Assembly (NCBI GenBank): GCA_017499595.2
Contig: CM038998.1
Location: 2,232,001 to 2,296,000, forward strand
Reading direction: 5' to 3'
DNA length: 64,000 nucleotides
Source of the DNA: Psilocybe cubensis
Taxonomy: Eukaryota
Translations under genes and position numbers: made by a program
Shown: in pieces, positions 23,447-36,450 of the stretch
How the letters are laid out: every line of letters begins with the position of its first letter
Numbering within the stretch: the first letter of the stretch is position 1
The notes under the pieces: generated by a model
The model's database searches: none
What the model was told of the DNA's origin: nothing
What the model saw: only the letters and a program-made list of their open reading frames with translations

Positions 23447-26400
23447 ATGGAGGTGAGTTTTACCCTGACTAGCCCAGATGACGCCTTTGTGAATTCGTAT
23501 AACCAGGTTTTCGCACCTTCAAACTCGTCGACCGCGGCGGCGGTTACATTCATCACCTTCGTTCAGGACCTAAAGAAGAAAACGAAAGCATGGGGCCCTA
23601 TGATCGAACTGTGTGCGAACGGAGAGAAGACGTTGGAACGGTTCAGGTACCAATTCCCTGAAGATTGGCTTTACAGTGATCAACTTCGGGGAGAATGGAG
23701 TGCCTACAACGAAATTTTGAAGAGAAAGAATGACTCGATACAGGAGCAGCTTGGTATGCCCGCTAACAATTGATATTTCTGTGGGCTTTGTCACTGATAT
23801 CTCACTTGAAAGCTGGTCTTCAACTCAAAATAGTTGCAGAGGACAAGATCGTAGAAAATAAAATCAACGAAATCCTTCATGAATGGGAACAGACGAGACC
23901 CGTTCAGGGGAACATGCGCGCCGACACAGCAATGAACACTATCAACGTTTTTGAAGGAAAGCTTAACAGAGTGCAAGAGGAGTACGATCTTGTCTGTCGC
24001 GCAAAGGAAGCCCTTGACTTAGAGTTAACGCGTCATACACGTCTCGACCCAGTCTTCGAGGAGTTGCGCGACTTGAAAGCAGTTTGGACGGCTCTATCGG
24101 GGATCTGGAGCCAAATAAGTGAATTGCGCGACCAAATGTGGAATACTGTTCAACCGAGGAAACTGAGGCAACATATCGATGGGCTTTTGTCTTCAACAAA
24201 AGATATGCCTACTAGAATGCGTCAATACGCTGCTTTCGAATACGTGCAAGACATTCTACGTGGCCTCCTTAAGTCTAACACACTCGTCTCCGAATTGAAG
24301 TCGGAAGCGCTGAAAGATCGTCATTGGAAGCAATTATTCAAGAATCTTAGGCTTCCCTCCCAAATTACCCTTGCTTAGTACGTCGAAAGTGGACCCCTCT
24401 TTCGGCAATCTATTTGCTGACCACTTTAAGCATGACCCTTGGACATGTGTACGACCTGGATCTCAAGAAGAACGAATCTTTAATCAAGGAAGTTATCATA
24501 CAAGCGCAAGGAGAGGTGAATACTTAATTTACTTTTTCTACGTAATCACGGCTGACCAGTCCTTAGATGGCCCTCGAAGAATACATCAAGCAAGTGAAAG
24601 AAACGTGGACCAACTACACGCTGGATCTAGTCAATTATCAAAATAAATGTCGCCTTATAAGGTAACAGGGAAACATTTGATTCTGTTCGCTCTTAACACA
24701 CACGCTATCTTTAGAGGATGGGATGATCTTTTTAACAAATGCAGCGAAAATTTAAACTCGCTTACTGCCATGAAGTTATCACCTTACTATAAAGGTATGC
24801 CAATTATATTTATCAACATGAATCCTACTTACGTTCCACGTCACAGTTTTTGAGGAAGAGGTAAAATACAAAAACAATGAAATTTTGATTGCAAAGTAAT
24901 AATCTGATCTCTAGGCAAGTTCATGGGAAGAAAAACTCAACAGAATTCATGTTCTATTCGGTGAGATTATTTGCATCGAATTTTATTCTAAATTAACTCA
25001 TGCCGCACAGATGTTTGGATCGACGTCCAACGCCAATGGGTATACCTGGAGGGGATTTTCTCCGGCAGCGCTGACATCAAGCACCTACTTCCTGTGGAGA
25101 GTTCTCGTTTCCAAAACATTAACTCGGAATTCCTGACAGTCATGAAGAGAGTTTACAAGTCTCCATTCATTTTGGACGTTCTAAACATTCAAGGAGTTCA
25201 AAAGAGCTTGGAGCGTCTCGCCGAACTCCTAAACAAGATCCAGAAGGCCTTGGGTGAATATCTCGAGAGGGAACGTTCATCGTTCCCTCGCTTCTACTTC
25301 GTGGGTGACGAAGATCTCCTTGAGATCATCGGAAACAGCAAGGATATCCTTCGAATTATGAAACATCTTAAGAAGATGTTTGCCGGTATCTCCACAGTTA
25401 AGCTTGACGATGACCTCACTCAGATACAAGGAATGGCGTCCAGAGAAGGGGAAGAAGTACCTTTCAGTGATCCTATACTGCTCAAAGATTATCCGAAAAT
25501 CAACGATTGGCTTGCTAGAATCGAGACCATGATGCGTCTTTCTTTAGCCGATTTATTGACAGCAGCAGTAACGGAACTTCAGTCTTTCTACGGCAAAGGG
25601 ACTTTGGAAGGCGCTCAGCTAGTGTCGTGGATGGAAAAATACCCTGCACAACTGGTGACTCTTGCCATTCAGATTGCTTGGACTTTTTCTGTCGAATCAT
25701 CTTTGGAATATAGAGAAGCACCCCAGTCTTCACTTGAAGTAATCCATCAAGCCCTCGATCTCTTGGCAGATATTGTACTTCAGGAGCTCACTCCAGTCAC
25801 TCGACGCAAATGCGAGCATTTGATCACAGAATTGGTGCATCAGCGAGATGTTGTTCGTTCGCTTATTCAAAAAGGCGTTAACGATCCAAAGAGTTTCGAT
25901 TGGCTTTATCAAATGCGATTCTATCTTGACAAGGCTATCGAGAACCCATTGGATCGTCTCGTCATTCGAACATCTGATGCAAACTTCCCGTATGGATGGG
26001 AATATCTTGGAGTCCCGGATCGTTTAGTTCAGACACCGTTGACGGACAGAGTATACCTGACTCTTACCCAAGCCCTCGACAATCAGCTAGGAGGATCACC
26101 CTTTGGGCCTGCCGGAACTGGTTAGTAAATATTCTATGGATATCGTGTCCCGTTGACTAAGCATATCCCTACAGGTAAAACGGAGTCTGTGAAGGCATTG
26201 GGAGTCCAGTTAGGCCGCTTTGTACTCGTTTTTTGTTGTGATGAAACGTTCGATTTCCAAGCGATGGGTCGTATTTTTGTTGGTTTGTGTCAAGTGGGGG
26301 CGTGGGGTTGTTTCGACGAATTCAATCGACTTGAAGAACGCATTCTTAGTGCCGTATCACAACAAGTACAGGCAATCCAACAAGGTCTCAGCTCCCTTGC

Positions 26401-29400
26401 TAAAAACCCCAATACTGAAATTGAATTGGTTGGCAAAAGCTTGAAAATTAACAAGAACATCGGTGAGTTTTTCATGTATCATCCCCTTTGTACCTTGCTC
26501 AGTCTTTGTAGGTATCTTCATCACAACCAATCCTAACTATGCCGGTCGGTCGCAACTGCCACCAAATCTGACTAAGCTTTTCAGACCGTATGTCAACTTC
26601 ATCTTGCTAATTCTTTAAATTAATACCTTCCAGGATGGCCATGACACGCCCTGATCGAGAGCTTATTGCTCAAGTCATGCTTTTTTCTCAAGGTTTCCGA
26701 ACGGCAGAATCCCTTGCATCGAAAATTGTACCATTTTTCAATCTTTGTGATGAACAACTCTCCCCTCAGCCACATTACGACTTCGGTCTACGTGCATTAA
26801 AAGCCGTGCTTGCCAGCGCGGGTATACTCAAGCGAGAGAGGTTGCAAAATTCTCGCGTTGGAGATGAAGGTGATCACGGTGGGGTGGACCTATCCGATAA
26901 CATATCCGAACAAATCATTCTCATTCAGAGTGTCACTGAGACCATCGTACCAAAGTTGGTGGCAGATGACGTCCCTCTCTTGACCAAGTATATGCAATTC
27001 TTTTCTCATCTATCGTATGCTTATCATGACTATTTTCTAGCCTACTCGCTGATGTTTTTCCTGGCGTTGACTATCTTCCCGTCGACCTCGAGGCATTGCG
27101 TCAACACATCGTCCAAGTTTGCTCTGAAAGGCGCTTAGTGGACGGAGAACGTTGGGTTGCTAAAATTTTACAGTTGTATCAAATTCAGAAAATCCAACAT
27201 GGGTTAATGATGGTCGGACCATCAGGCACTGGCAAGACTAATGCATGGCAAGTTCTACTAGCCGCGCTTGAACGATATGACGGCATAGAGGGTGTTTCCT
27301 ACGTCATCGACCCTAAAGCTATGCATAAAGATGCCCTGTACGGTACATTGGACCAAACAACTCGAGAATGGAATGACGGTCTCTTCACCCATGTATTGCG
27401 TAAAATTGTTGATGATGTCCGCGGAGAGAGTGCCAAGAGACATTGGATTATTTTTGACGGCGACGTAGACCCTGAATGGGTTGAAAATTTAAACAGGTCG
27501 GTACAAACCTCGTTGCCCTATCTATCATTTGTAAAAGTCTTAACAATGTTCTCTAGTGTGTTGGATGATAACAAGCTTCTCACATTGCCTAATGGAGAGC
27601 GCCTCAATCTGCCTTCGAATGTGCGCATTATGTTTGAGGTCGAGCACTTGAAATACGCGACACTTGCCACTGTCAGTCGATGCGGTATGATCTGGTTCAG
27701 TGAGGATGTTATTGATCCGCAAATGGTCTATCGTAACTATCTCAATACCCTTTCATCCGTTACTCTGGACGCAGACGATGAAGATAGTGGGGACGTCCTG
27801 GGTCGCCGAGCGGACACCGCAGTAGATTCGTCAACCAACATTGAGACCCAAAGGCAGATAGCATCTATGTTGGAACGCTATTTCGCTGAAGGAGATCTCG
27901 TTAGCACCGCACTGACTTTCGCTGAGTCCATTGAACACATAATGGACTTCACTATCACAAGGGCCCTTAACACGCTTTTTTCACTCATCAACAAGACTGT
28001 TCGCAATGTTATCGAATATAATATCCAGCATTCGGACTTCCCTTTGACCCAAGAGCGGGTGGAACAGTATGTAACTAAACGCCTTCTTGTCAGCATCATC
28101 TGGGCATTCTCTGGTGATGCCAAACTAGATTTGCGGGCAAATATGGGCGAATTCTTGCGCAAGCAAACCGGAATTGATCTTCCTCCACTAGTTCCCGGAA
28201 GCTCGTTGATTGATTTTGATGTGCAGGTGTCAACCGGTGAATGGATCGCTTGGCAATCCAGAGTGCCCGTCATTGAGATAGAGGCACACGCTGTCACGGC
28301 CTCCGACGTAGTTGTGCCTACTATGGATACAGTGCGGCATGAAGAGGTTCTTTATTCATGGCTTTCGGAACACAAACCTCTCTTATTATGTGGACCACCT
28401 GGATCAGGTAAAACCATGACCTTATTTAGCGCTCTCCGTAAATTGCCGGATATGGAAGTTGTTGGCCTCAATTTTTCCAGTGCTACCACACCCGAATTAA
28501 TCCTGAAAACTTTCGAGCAATACTGCGAATATCGGAAAACACCTAACGGTGTTGTCCTCGCCCCCATTCAAATCGGCCGTTGGCTTGTTGTTTTCTGCGA
28601 TGAAATCAATCTACCCGCTGCTGACAAGTATGGTACTCAACGTGTCATTTCTTTTCTTCGTCAATTGGTAGAAAGCGGGGGTTACTGGCGTGCCAGCGAC
28701 ATGGCTTGGGTCAAACTTGAACGTATACAATTTGTTGGTGCTTGCAACCCCCCAACGGACCCTGGTCGTGTCCCTCTCAGCCATCGGTTCTTGCGCCATG
28801 CACCATTGGTCATGGTAGATTACCCTGGAGAAATTTCTCTCAAACAGATTTACGGAACATACAATAGGGCTTTGCTCAAGGTTGTTCCAAATCTTCGCGC
28901 ATATGCTGAACCTCTTACAGAGGCCATGGTGGCATTCTATCTCGCTTCACAAAAGCGGTTTACCACTGACATTCAAGCCCATTATGTATACAGTCCTCGT
29001 GAATTGACGCGTTGGGTGAGGGGTATATATGAAGCTATTCGGCCCCTCGAAATTCTATCTGTGGAAGGACTTGTCCGAGTCTGGGCTCACGAAGCACTTC
29101 GTCTATTCCAAGATCGTCTTGTTACAGAAGAAGAAAGAATCTGGACGGATGACCACATTGACTCGGCCGCAATGGAACATTTCCCAACAATCAACCGTGA
29201 CGAGGCGCTGGGTCGGCCAATTCTGTACTCGAATTGGACATCAAAGAATTACATTCCAGTCGATCGAGAGACACTACGAGAATATACTAAAGCTCGGCTT
29301 CGTGTTTTCTACGAGGAGGAGCTTGACGTTCCCCTTGTTCTTTTCAACGACGTTCTTGATCATGTTCTTCGTATTGATCGTGTGTTTCGTCAAGTTCAGG

Positions 29401-32400
29401 GACACCTCCTTCTCATTGGAGTTAGTGGCAGCGGCAAGGTATGAATGCACGGTGTTTCCAAACGGCGCACATGCTAACGGTATGCATAAGACAACCCTTT
29501 CCAGATTTGTCGCTTGGATGAATGGTCTTAGCATCTTCCAAATCAAAGTTTCTAACAAATACACAGGAGAGGACTTCGATGAAGATTTGCGGACTGTTCT
29601 CCGTCGTGCTGGTTGCAAGGGGGAGAAGATTTGCTTCATCATGGATGAATCTAATGTTCTCGACTCTGGCTTCTTAGAAAGAATGAATACACTCTTAGCT
29701 AACGCTGAGGTTCCTGGTCTGTTTGAAGGGGATGAACACGCTGCTTTAATGACAGCGTGTAAAGAAGGTTCTCAACGCGACGGGTTGATGCTGGATTCAC
29801 CTGAAGAACTCTACCGGTGGTTTACGACACAAGTAGCAAAAAATCTTCATGTCGTATTCACGATGAACCCTCCCGAAAATGGGCTTGCTTCCAGGGCTGC
29901 TACATCCCCTGCTTTATTCAATCGTTGTGTACTTGATTGGTTTGGAGACTGGTCGGATCAGGCGTTTTACCAAGTTGGCATGGAATTCACCCATACACTG
30001 GACCTTGACCTACAATCTTATATCCCACCTGCGCATTTCCCTATTGCCTACAGAAGCCTGTCACTTCCCCCTCTCCATCGCACGGCTGTTATAAACGCTC
30101 TTGTTCATGTACATTTGTCCATGCATCAAATCAACCAACGTCTGAGCCGAAGACAAGGACGCTACAATTATGTGACCCCTCGGCATTATCTCGATTTGTA
30201 AGTGATTTATCAAATAATTTTACGTTGCATTCAAATTTGATTTGTTTTCGTAGTATCAATCATTATGTTCGTCTTTACACGGAGAAACGCGACGAACTGG
30301 AAGAGCAACAAAGACATTTGCACGTTGGTCTCGACAAGCTAAAGGATACTGTTACGCAGGTGGAGGAACTACGAAAAAGTTTGGCCATTAAGCGCTCGCA
30401 GCTGGAAGCAAAGAACGCGGAAGCGAACGAAAAACTGAAGCGTATGGTGGCCGATCAACAAGAGGCTGAGCAAAAGAAAGCTGCTTCGATTCAAATACAA
30501 GCTGAATTGGCTGAACAAGATCGTCACATTGAAGAACGGCGTTCCATTGTCATGGCCGACCTTGCAGACGCTGAACCAGCAGTGTTAGATGCTCAGGCCG
30601 CGGTTAGCAACATCAAGAAGCAGCATCTGCAAGAAGTTCGTACTATGGCCAATCCCCCAGAGGCCGTTAAATTGGCCATGGAATCAGTCTGCACCATTCT
30701 TGGACACAAGATCGACAGTTGGCGTACTGTTCAAGGTATAATTCGTCGCGATGATTTCATTCAACGCATCGTCAACTTCGACACTACTACCCAAATGACG
30801 AAAAGTCTACGCGATACCATGAAGAAAGAATTCCTTAGCCGTCCTTCATATAACTTTGAGACCGTACAACGAGCTAGTAGAGCCTGTGGTCCATTGGTCA
30901 AATGGGCATTGGCTCAAGTACGGTTTTCCGAAATCCTGGACAAAGTCGAACCTCTACGAAACGAAGTACAATCGCTTGAAACCCAGGCAGAGACCACCAA
31001 GAAACAAGCTCTCGCTATGGTCCAAATGATTGCCAATCTCGAATCCAAAATTGCACAGTATAAGGAAGAGTACGCTCGACTGATAAGCGAGACTCAAGCT
31101 ATTAAGTCGGAAATGGAACGTGTGCAAGGGAAAGTTGATCGCAGTATGAAACTGCTCGACAGTTTATCGTCAGAACGAACGCGTTGGGAGTCAGGAAGCC
31201 GGACTTTTGAGGCGGAAATGAGTACAATTGTTGGCGACGTTCTTCTGTCGGCAGCATTCTTGGCGTACGGTGGCTTTTTTGATCAACAATATCGTGAGGG
31301 TATGTGGCAAGAATGGTCAAGCCATCTTGCGGAAGCCAACATCAAATTCAAACCCGAGCTCTCCTTCACCGAATATCTTTCCACCGCTGACGATCGTCTT
31401 AGCTGGCAATCAAAATCCCTACCTTCTGATAACCTTACCACTGAGAATGCCATCATGCTCAAACGCTTTAATCGATACCCACTCATTATCGACCCCACTG
31501 GTCAAGCAACTACATTCCTGCTCAACGAATACAAAGAACGCAAAATTACCGTAACGAGCTTCCTGGACGAGTCTTTCCTCAAAGTTTTGGAAAGTGCCTT
31601 ACGGTTTGGAAACCCCCTTCTCATCCAGGATGTCGAACATTTGGACCCTATTCTCAATGCAGTTCTCAACAAGGAGATCAGAAGAACCGGTGGTCGTGTA
31701 TTAATTCGTCTAGGAAGTCAGGACATCGATTTCTCGCCATCGTTCACAATGTTTTTGTCTACTCGAGATCCCTCCGTTGAATTCTCCCCGGATATATGCA
31801 GTCGGGTCACATTTGTGAACTTTACCATGACGCGAAGCAGTCTACAGAGCCAATCTCTTGATCAAGTTCTGAAAGTCGAAAGGCCCGATACTGAGAGAAA
31901 GAGAACAGACCTCATGAAGGTCCAAGGGGAATTCCGCCTTCGACTTCGAACTCTGGAGAAACTTTTGCTTCAAGCCCTTAATGAATCTTCTGGAAATATT
32001 TTAGACGACGACAAAGTCATTGACACTTTGGAGACACTCAAACGAGAAGCTGCAGAGATTACACAAAAAGTTGAGGAAACGGACCTTGTCATGCGAGAAG
32101 TGGAACAAGTAACGGCCGAATACCTGCCCCTTGCTCAAGCATGTAGCTCAGTGTTCTTCGTGCTTGAACAATTGAACTTGGTCAACCATTTCTATCAATT
32201 TTCTCTGCGTTTTTTCCTTGACATCTTTGACTATGTTCTCCATCATAATCCTAATTTGCAGAATGTGTCTGACTATGGTCTTCGGCGCGACATTCTACTC
32301 AAGGATCTTTTCCTGGTGGTGTACAAGAGAACTTCACGGGCTCTCCTCTACCGCGACCATTTGATGCTTGCTGTCCTTTTGGCCCAAGTTAAACTTCGAG

Positions 32401-34858
32401 GAGTTGAAGATATAGGAGATGAGTTAGAATTCCTACTAGAAAGTGGGGATGGAGTTGCTACGACAACTCAGGGCCAAGATCACCACCTTCTGTCACCCGA
32501 TCAAGTTCGTCGTATGCAGAATTTCGCTAAACAAGCCTTGTTTAAACCGGTCGAGGCGCATCTTGCTAATCATGAAGCTGAATGGGCTCAATTCCTTGCA
32601 TCTAGCACGCCTGAAACTTCAGTACCTATGCCCTGGGACCCTAGTGCTCGTGGGTGTATTAATTGCCTCCATTTTATGATTAAATTAACATATTTAAATT
32701 GCAGCGGCTACCGAAGCTATTCGAGCACTTCTTGTTGTTAAATGCTTTAGGCCAGATCGATTGCTTCAGTCCACTGCGCTATTCGTTCGGGCAGTCTTTG
32801 ACACAGATATTTCATCCGAGGCTACATATGATCTTAATGCTTTAGTCTCCGATGAAGTCGTTGCCTCGACCCCAGTTGCTTTGATTTCTGTACCAGGATA
32901 TGACGCCAGCTATCGTGTGGAAAACCTCATCAAAAACACTGGAACACGTTCGACATCTGTGGCAATGGGATCGCAGGAAGGTTTCACATTGGCAGACCAA
33001 GCAATCGCTGCAGCTGCCCGACAAGGTACATGGGTGCTCTTGAAGAATGTACATCTTGCACCTTCATGGCTAGGTCAACTAGAAAAGAAAATGCAAACCC
33101 TCAATCCTCACCGTAGTTTCAGACTCTTTTTGACAATGGAAGCAAACCCTTCCATTCCTGTAAACATTCTTCGTCAATCACGTTTGCTCATGAATGAGCC
33201 ACCTCCAGGCGTTAAAGCGAATCTAGTTGATTCTTTGCAGAGCATCTCCCCACAACGACTTAACCAGGGACCAACAGAAAAAGTGCGCCTTTATTTCCTA
33301 TTGGCATGGTTCCATGCAGTCGTTCAGGAGCGTCTGCGCTATGTACCTCTTGGTTGGAGTAAATCATACGACTTCAACGATTCTGACATGGCGTCAGCTT
33401 TCGGTACTATTGACAATTGGTTGAACTCTGTTTCAAGAGGACGTGCCAATGTGGACCCGGCAAGTATTCCATGGGACGCTCTCCGGACTCTGATAAAGCA
33501 ATCAGTGTATGGTGGCAGAGTGGACAGTGATTTTGACCAGAGAATCCTGGATTCATTTGTTGATAATCTATTCACGCCAAAAGCCTACAATGTTGATTTT
33601 GACCTAGTACCAAGTGTTACAGGGAACCGTGTACTATCAGCACCAGAGGGCACGAAGATCGAACATTTCTTGACATGGGTACAAGCTTTACCAGATCGTG
33701 AACCACCATCATGGTTGAGTCTTCCGCCTACAGCAGAGCGTGTCATTGCCATTGCCCAGGGTAAGTTTGCTTTTATTCTCAATCATGCCGTCTATGTTTA
33801 CACCAATATAGGTAATGAACTCCTGGGTAAGCTGAGAAAAATGAAAATGTTGGCCGACGACGACGACGAATTGGTTACTGCAGCTGCCAAATCCCAAACA
33901 TCACAACCTGCATGGATGAGAACATTGCTTGAACGATGCCGAGAATGGCTTGGACAACTCCCAGCTGTATGTTGCTCGTTAGGGCTTATAATACGTCGTA
34001 AATTGATTGTCTTTGTGTTACAGCAATTCAATATTCTGCCAAAGCAGTCAGGTGAACATCAAGATCCTTTGTATCGCCTTTTTGCAAGAGAAGGAGATAT
34101 TGGTCGCAAGCTCTTGGGTAGTGTAAGAAAAGATCTGGACAATGTTGTTAAAGTGTGCCTAGGGGAACTTAAACAGACGAACCATCTGAGAACTCTTATG
34201 AGTTCTCTGACCAAAGGTGTGCGAAATCTATATACATTTTTTGTATTTTCATCTAATTTGTTTTTTAAGGTTCAATTCCAGAACATTGGCGCCGCTACAA
34301 AGTTAATAAGTCAATGGCGGTTTCTGCCTGGATAGCTGATTTTGCTAGACGTCTGGCTCAACTCGACAATATTGCAACTCTGGACAACTTAAGCAATACA
34401 GAAGTCTGGCTAGGGGGCCTGTTCTTCCCAGAAGCTTATATCACTGCCACTCGCCAAGCCGTTGCTCATCGCAAAAAATGGAGTTTGGAGACACTTCATT
34501 TGCGACTTGATATTGAACGCGTCAATGATCCTAATGCTTTTGTTGTTGATGGTCAGCTTTTTCAATTATTTCTTTTATTCTAATTTACTTAAGTGATTTG
34601 TGCTTAGGTTTAGTCCTTGAAGGCGCTGCGTGGTCAAGCGATCATTTGGTATTGAATGACGGCGAAGCTGTTCGTCTGAGCTCTTCGCAGATTAGATGGG
34701 TTCAGATGGATGAGAATCCGTCACAAGGCTTGGTTAATTTGCCAGTTTACCTCAACAATGATCGCAGTGATGTTCTGTTCACGGTCGATTTGCCATTCGA
34801 TGCTATGGCAGGGTCACTGGTGGCCACTCGTGCAGTGTGCTTGACGGCTGGAGGTTAG
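23447..34858 (+). CDS. dhc2: Cytoplasmic dynein heavy chain, motor-domain part of a split gene (linker, AAA1-6, stalk/MTBD, C-terminus)
   Basis: P-loops [67 protein letters not shown] motifs; stalk coiled coil. Starts [22 protein letters not shown] with no N-terminal tail. Confidence 0.95.
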
Positions 34859-35003
34859 ACCCAGCTCTCATGATCAAACTTTTCACCACAGTATCTACTC
34901 GCATACCTCATTGAAGGACTCCTAGAATATAATATAATTTGTATACCAAACTGTCCTTATATCCATAATGCCTTTATGACACATCATGTTTCTGTCTTGT
35001 TTT

Positions 35004-36220
35004 TTAATTTTGATTTTCTTCTTGCACGACACTTCCGCCTGCAACTTCTAATACCTTCCAATCTATTGAGATATCGAAAGATTGGAAAATCTTTCGAGCA
35101 TCCTCGGCAATAGCCTCAAATCCATCGATAGCTAACGCAAGGATAGTTGGGCCAGCACCCGAGAGGCAAATTCCGAGTAGTCCTGGGTGTGAAGAAGGCG
35201 TGATGGAAGATGTGACTTCTGGTAAACCAGGTATCTGGTAGCGGTGGTGGCCATACAGCCTACGATTAGAACTGGGGACGAAAGTTTAAGTTATCCAAAA
35301 ATAGCAACATACCAAAGATTTCCTGTATGGCTGGTGTACACGATCCTTCATGGCTTCATAAATGAGCTCTGGATCAGGCGGTGATTGGCCCAGCGCCGTA
35401 GTGAGGACGGCGAGCCTCTGAAGATTAAACACCTACGGCAGAGGAATGAAAGTCTATTGGTGAAGTTTTTGCAACGACGGCCGAAAAGAGGACGAACCAA
35501 ATCTTTACGAGAATATTCAGTAGGGAGGACTTCGCGTGCCTTTGCGGTACTTAGTTCAAATCTGGGTATGATGGCGATGGCCTTGATACTTTTTGAACAC
35601 GGGAAACGGACATAGTGCCCAATCCCAAATGGTGGAACAGGCGGATTCAAGCCCCAGTCCTCGTCAGCATCGGGAGGATACTCTGGAAGAACCTCACTGA
35701 GGGGAACACTAGCTGCTTCGCTAGCCTGTTCGTCAAGTTCCTTGAGATACGAACCGACAAATCCGCCAACCAGAGCGGCTGTGACGTTATCCGGATGTCG
35801 CTCAACCATGAGGGCAAAGTCTAGAAGACGTGCTGTAGGTAGGCGCAGCTTGCCTATGGTATCCCCGAGTAACACTCCTGCAATGACGGCCGCTCCTGAG
35901 GATCCGAGCCCACGACCAAAAGGAATTTCGTTATCAACATGAATGACGAGGTGGGATGGAAAAGAACGAATATTGTGACATCGAAGAACGTAGAGGGCGA
36001 CACGAGTGGTTAAATTTTTGTACGGATCGAGAGGAACTTCGTCTGAGCCTTCTCCAGAATAGGAGATGGTGGGATGGACATAAGGCTGAGATGGGGGGAT
36101 AAGGGGATAGGAGACTGTCAGAGTAAGGTGGAGAGATAGGGATAGACCGACGACATCGAAACCTGGGCCAATATTAGCAGATGTAGCAGGAACGTTGATC
36201 TTGAAAGACCGCAATGACAT
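35004..36220 (-). CDS. THR1: Homoserine kinase (GHMP family)
   Basis: VPATSANIGPGFDVVG, IPFGRGLGSSGAA, ERHPDNV, HQPYR, LSGAGPTILAL. Confidence 0.95.
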
Positions 36221-36450
36221 CGTTGGAAAGAGAGAACTAACAGCTTCATATTTCTTCACTTGACAAAAGTATCTTCCCTTCGCATCTTCGGCTTTTTTCG
36301 CCTTTGATTAGATTCCGAATATTCGATCGCAGTTACAAATACGTTACTTGGCACCAAAAAAGTCGCTGTACGTTACATTAACCAATAGTATCTATTCAAC
36401 CCTACCAAACAATGATGTGAACACAGCGTGATAATAATATTAAGTTACTG

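Noticed and set aside
24376..24378. Apparent premature stop in dynein (LA*) and similar ORF breaks throughout the window
   Set aside because: Explained by GT-AG introns (e.g. TA|gtacgt...ttaag|C); not pseudogenisation.
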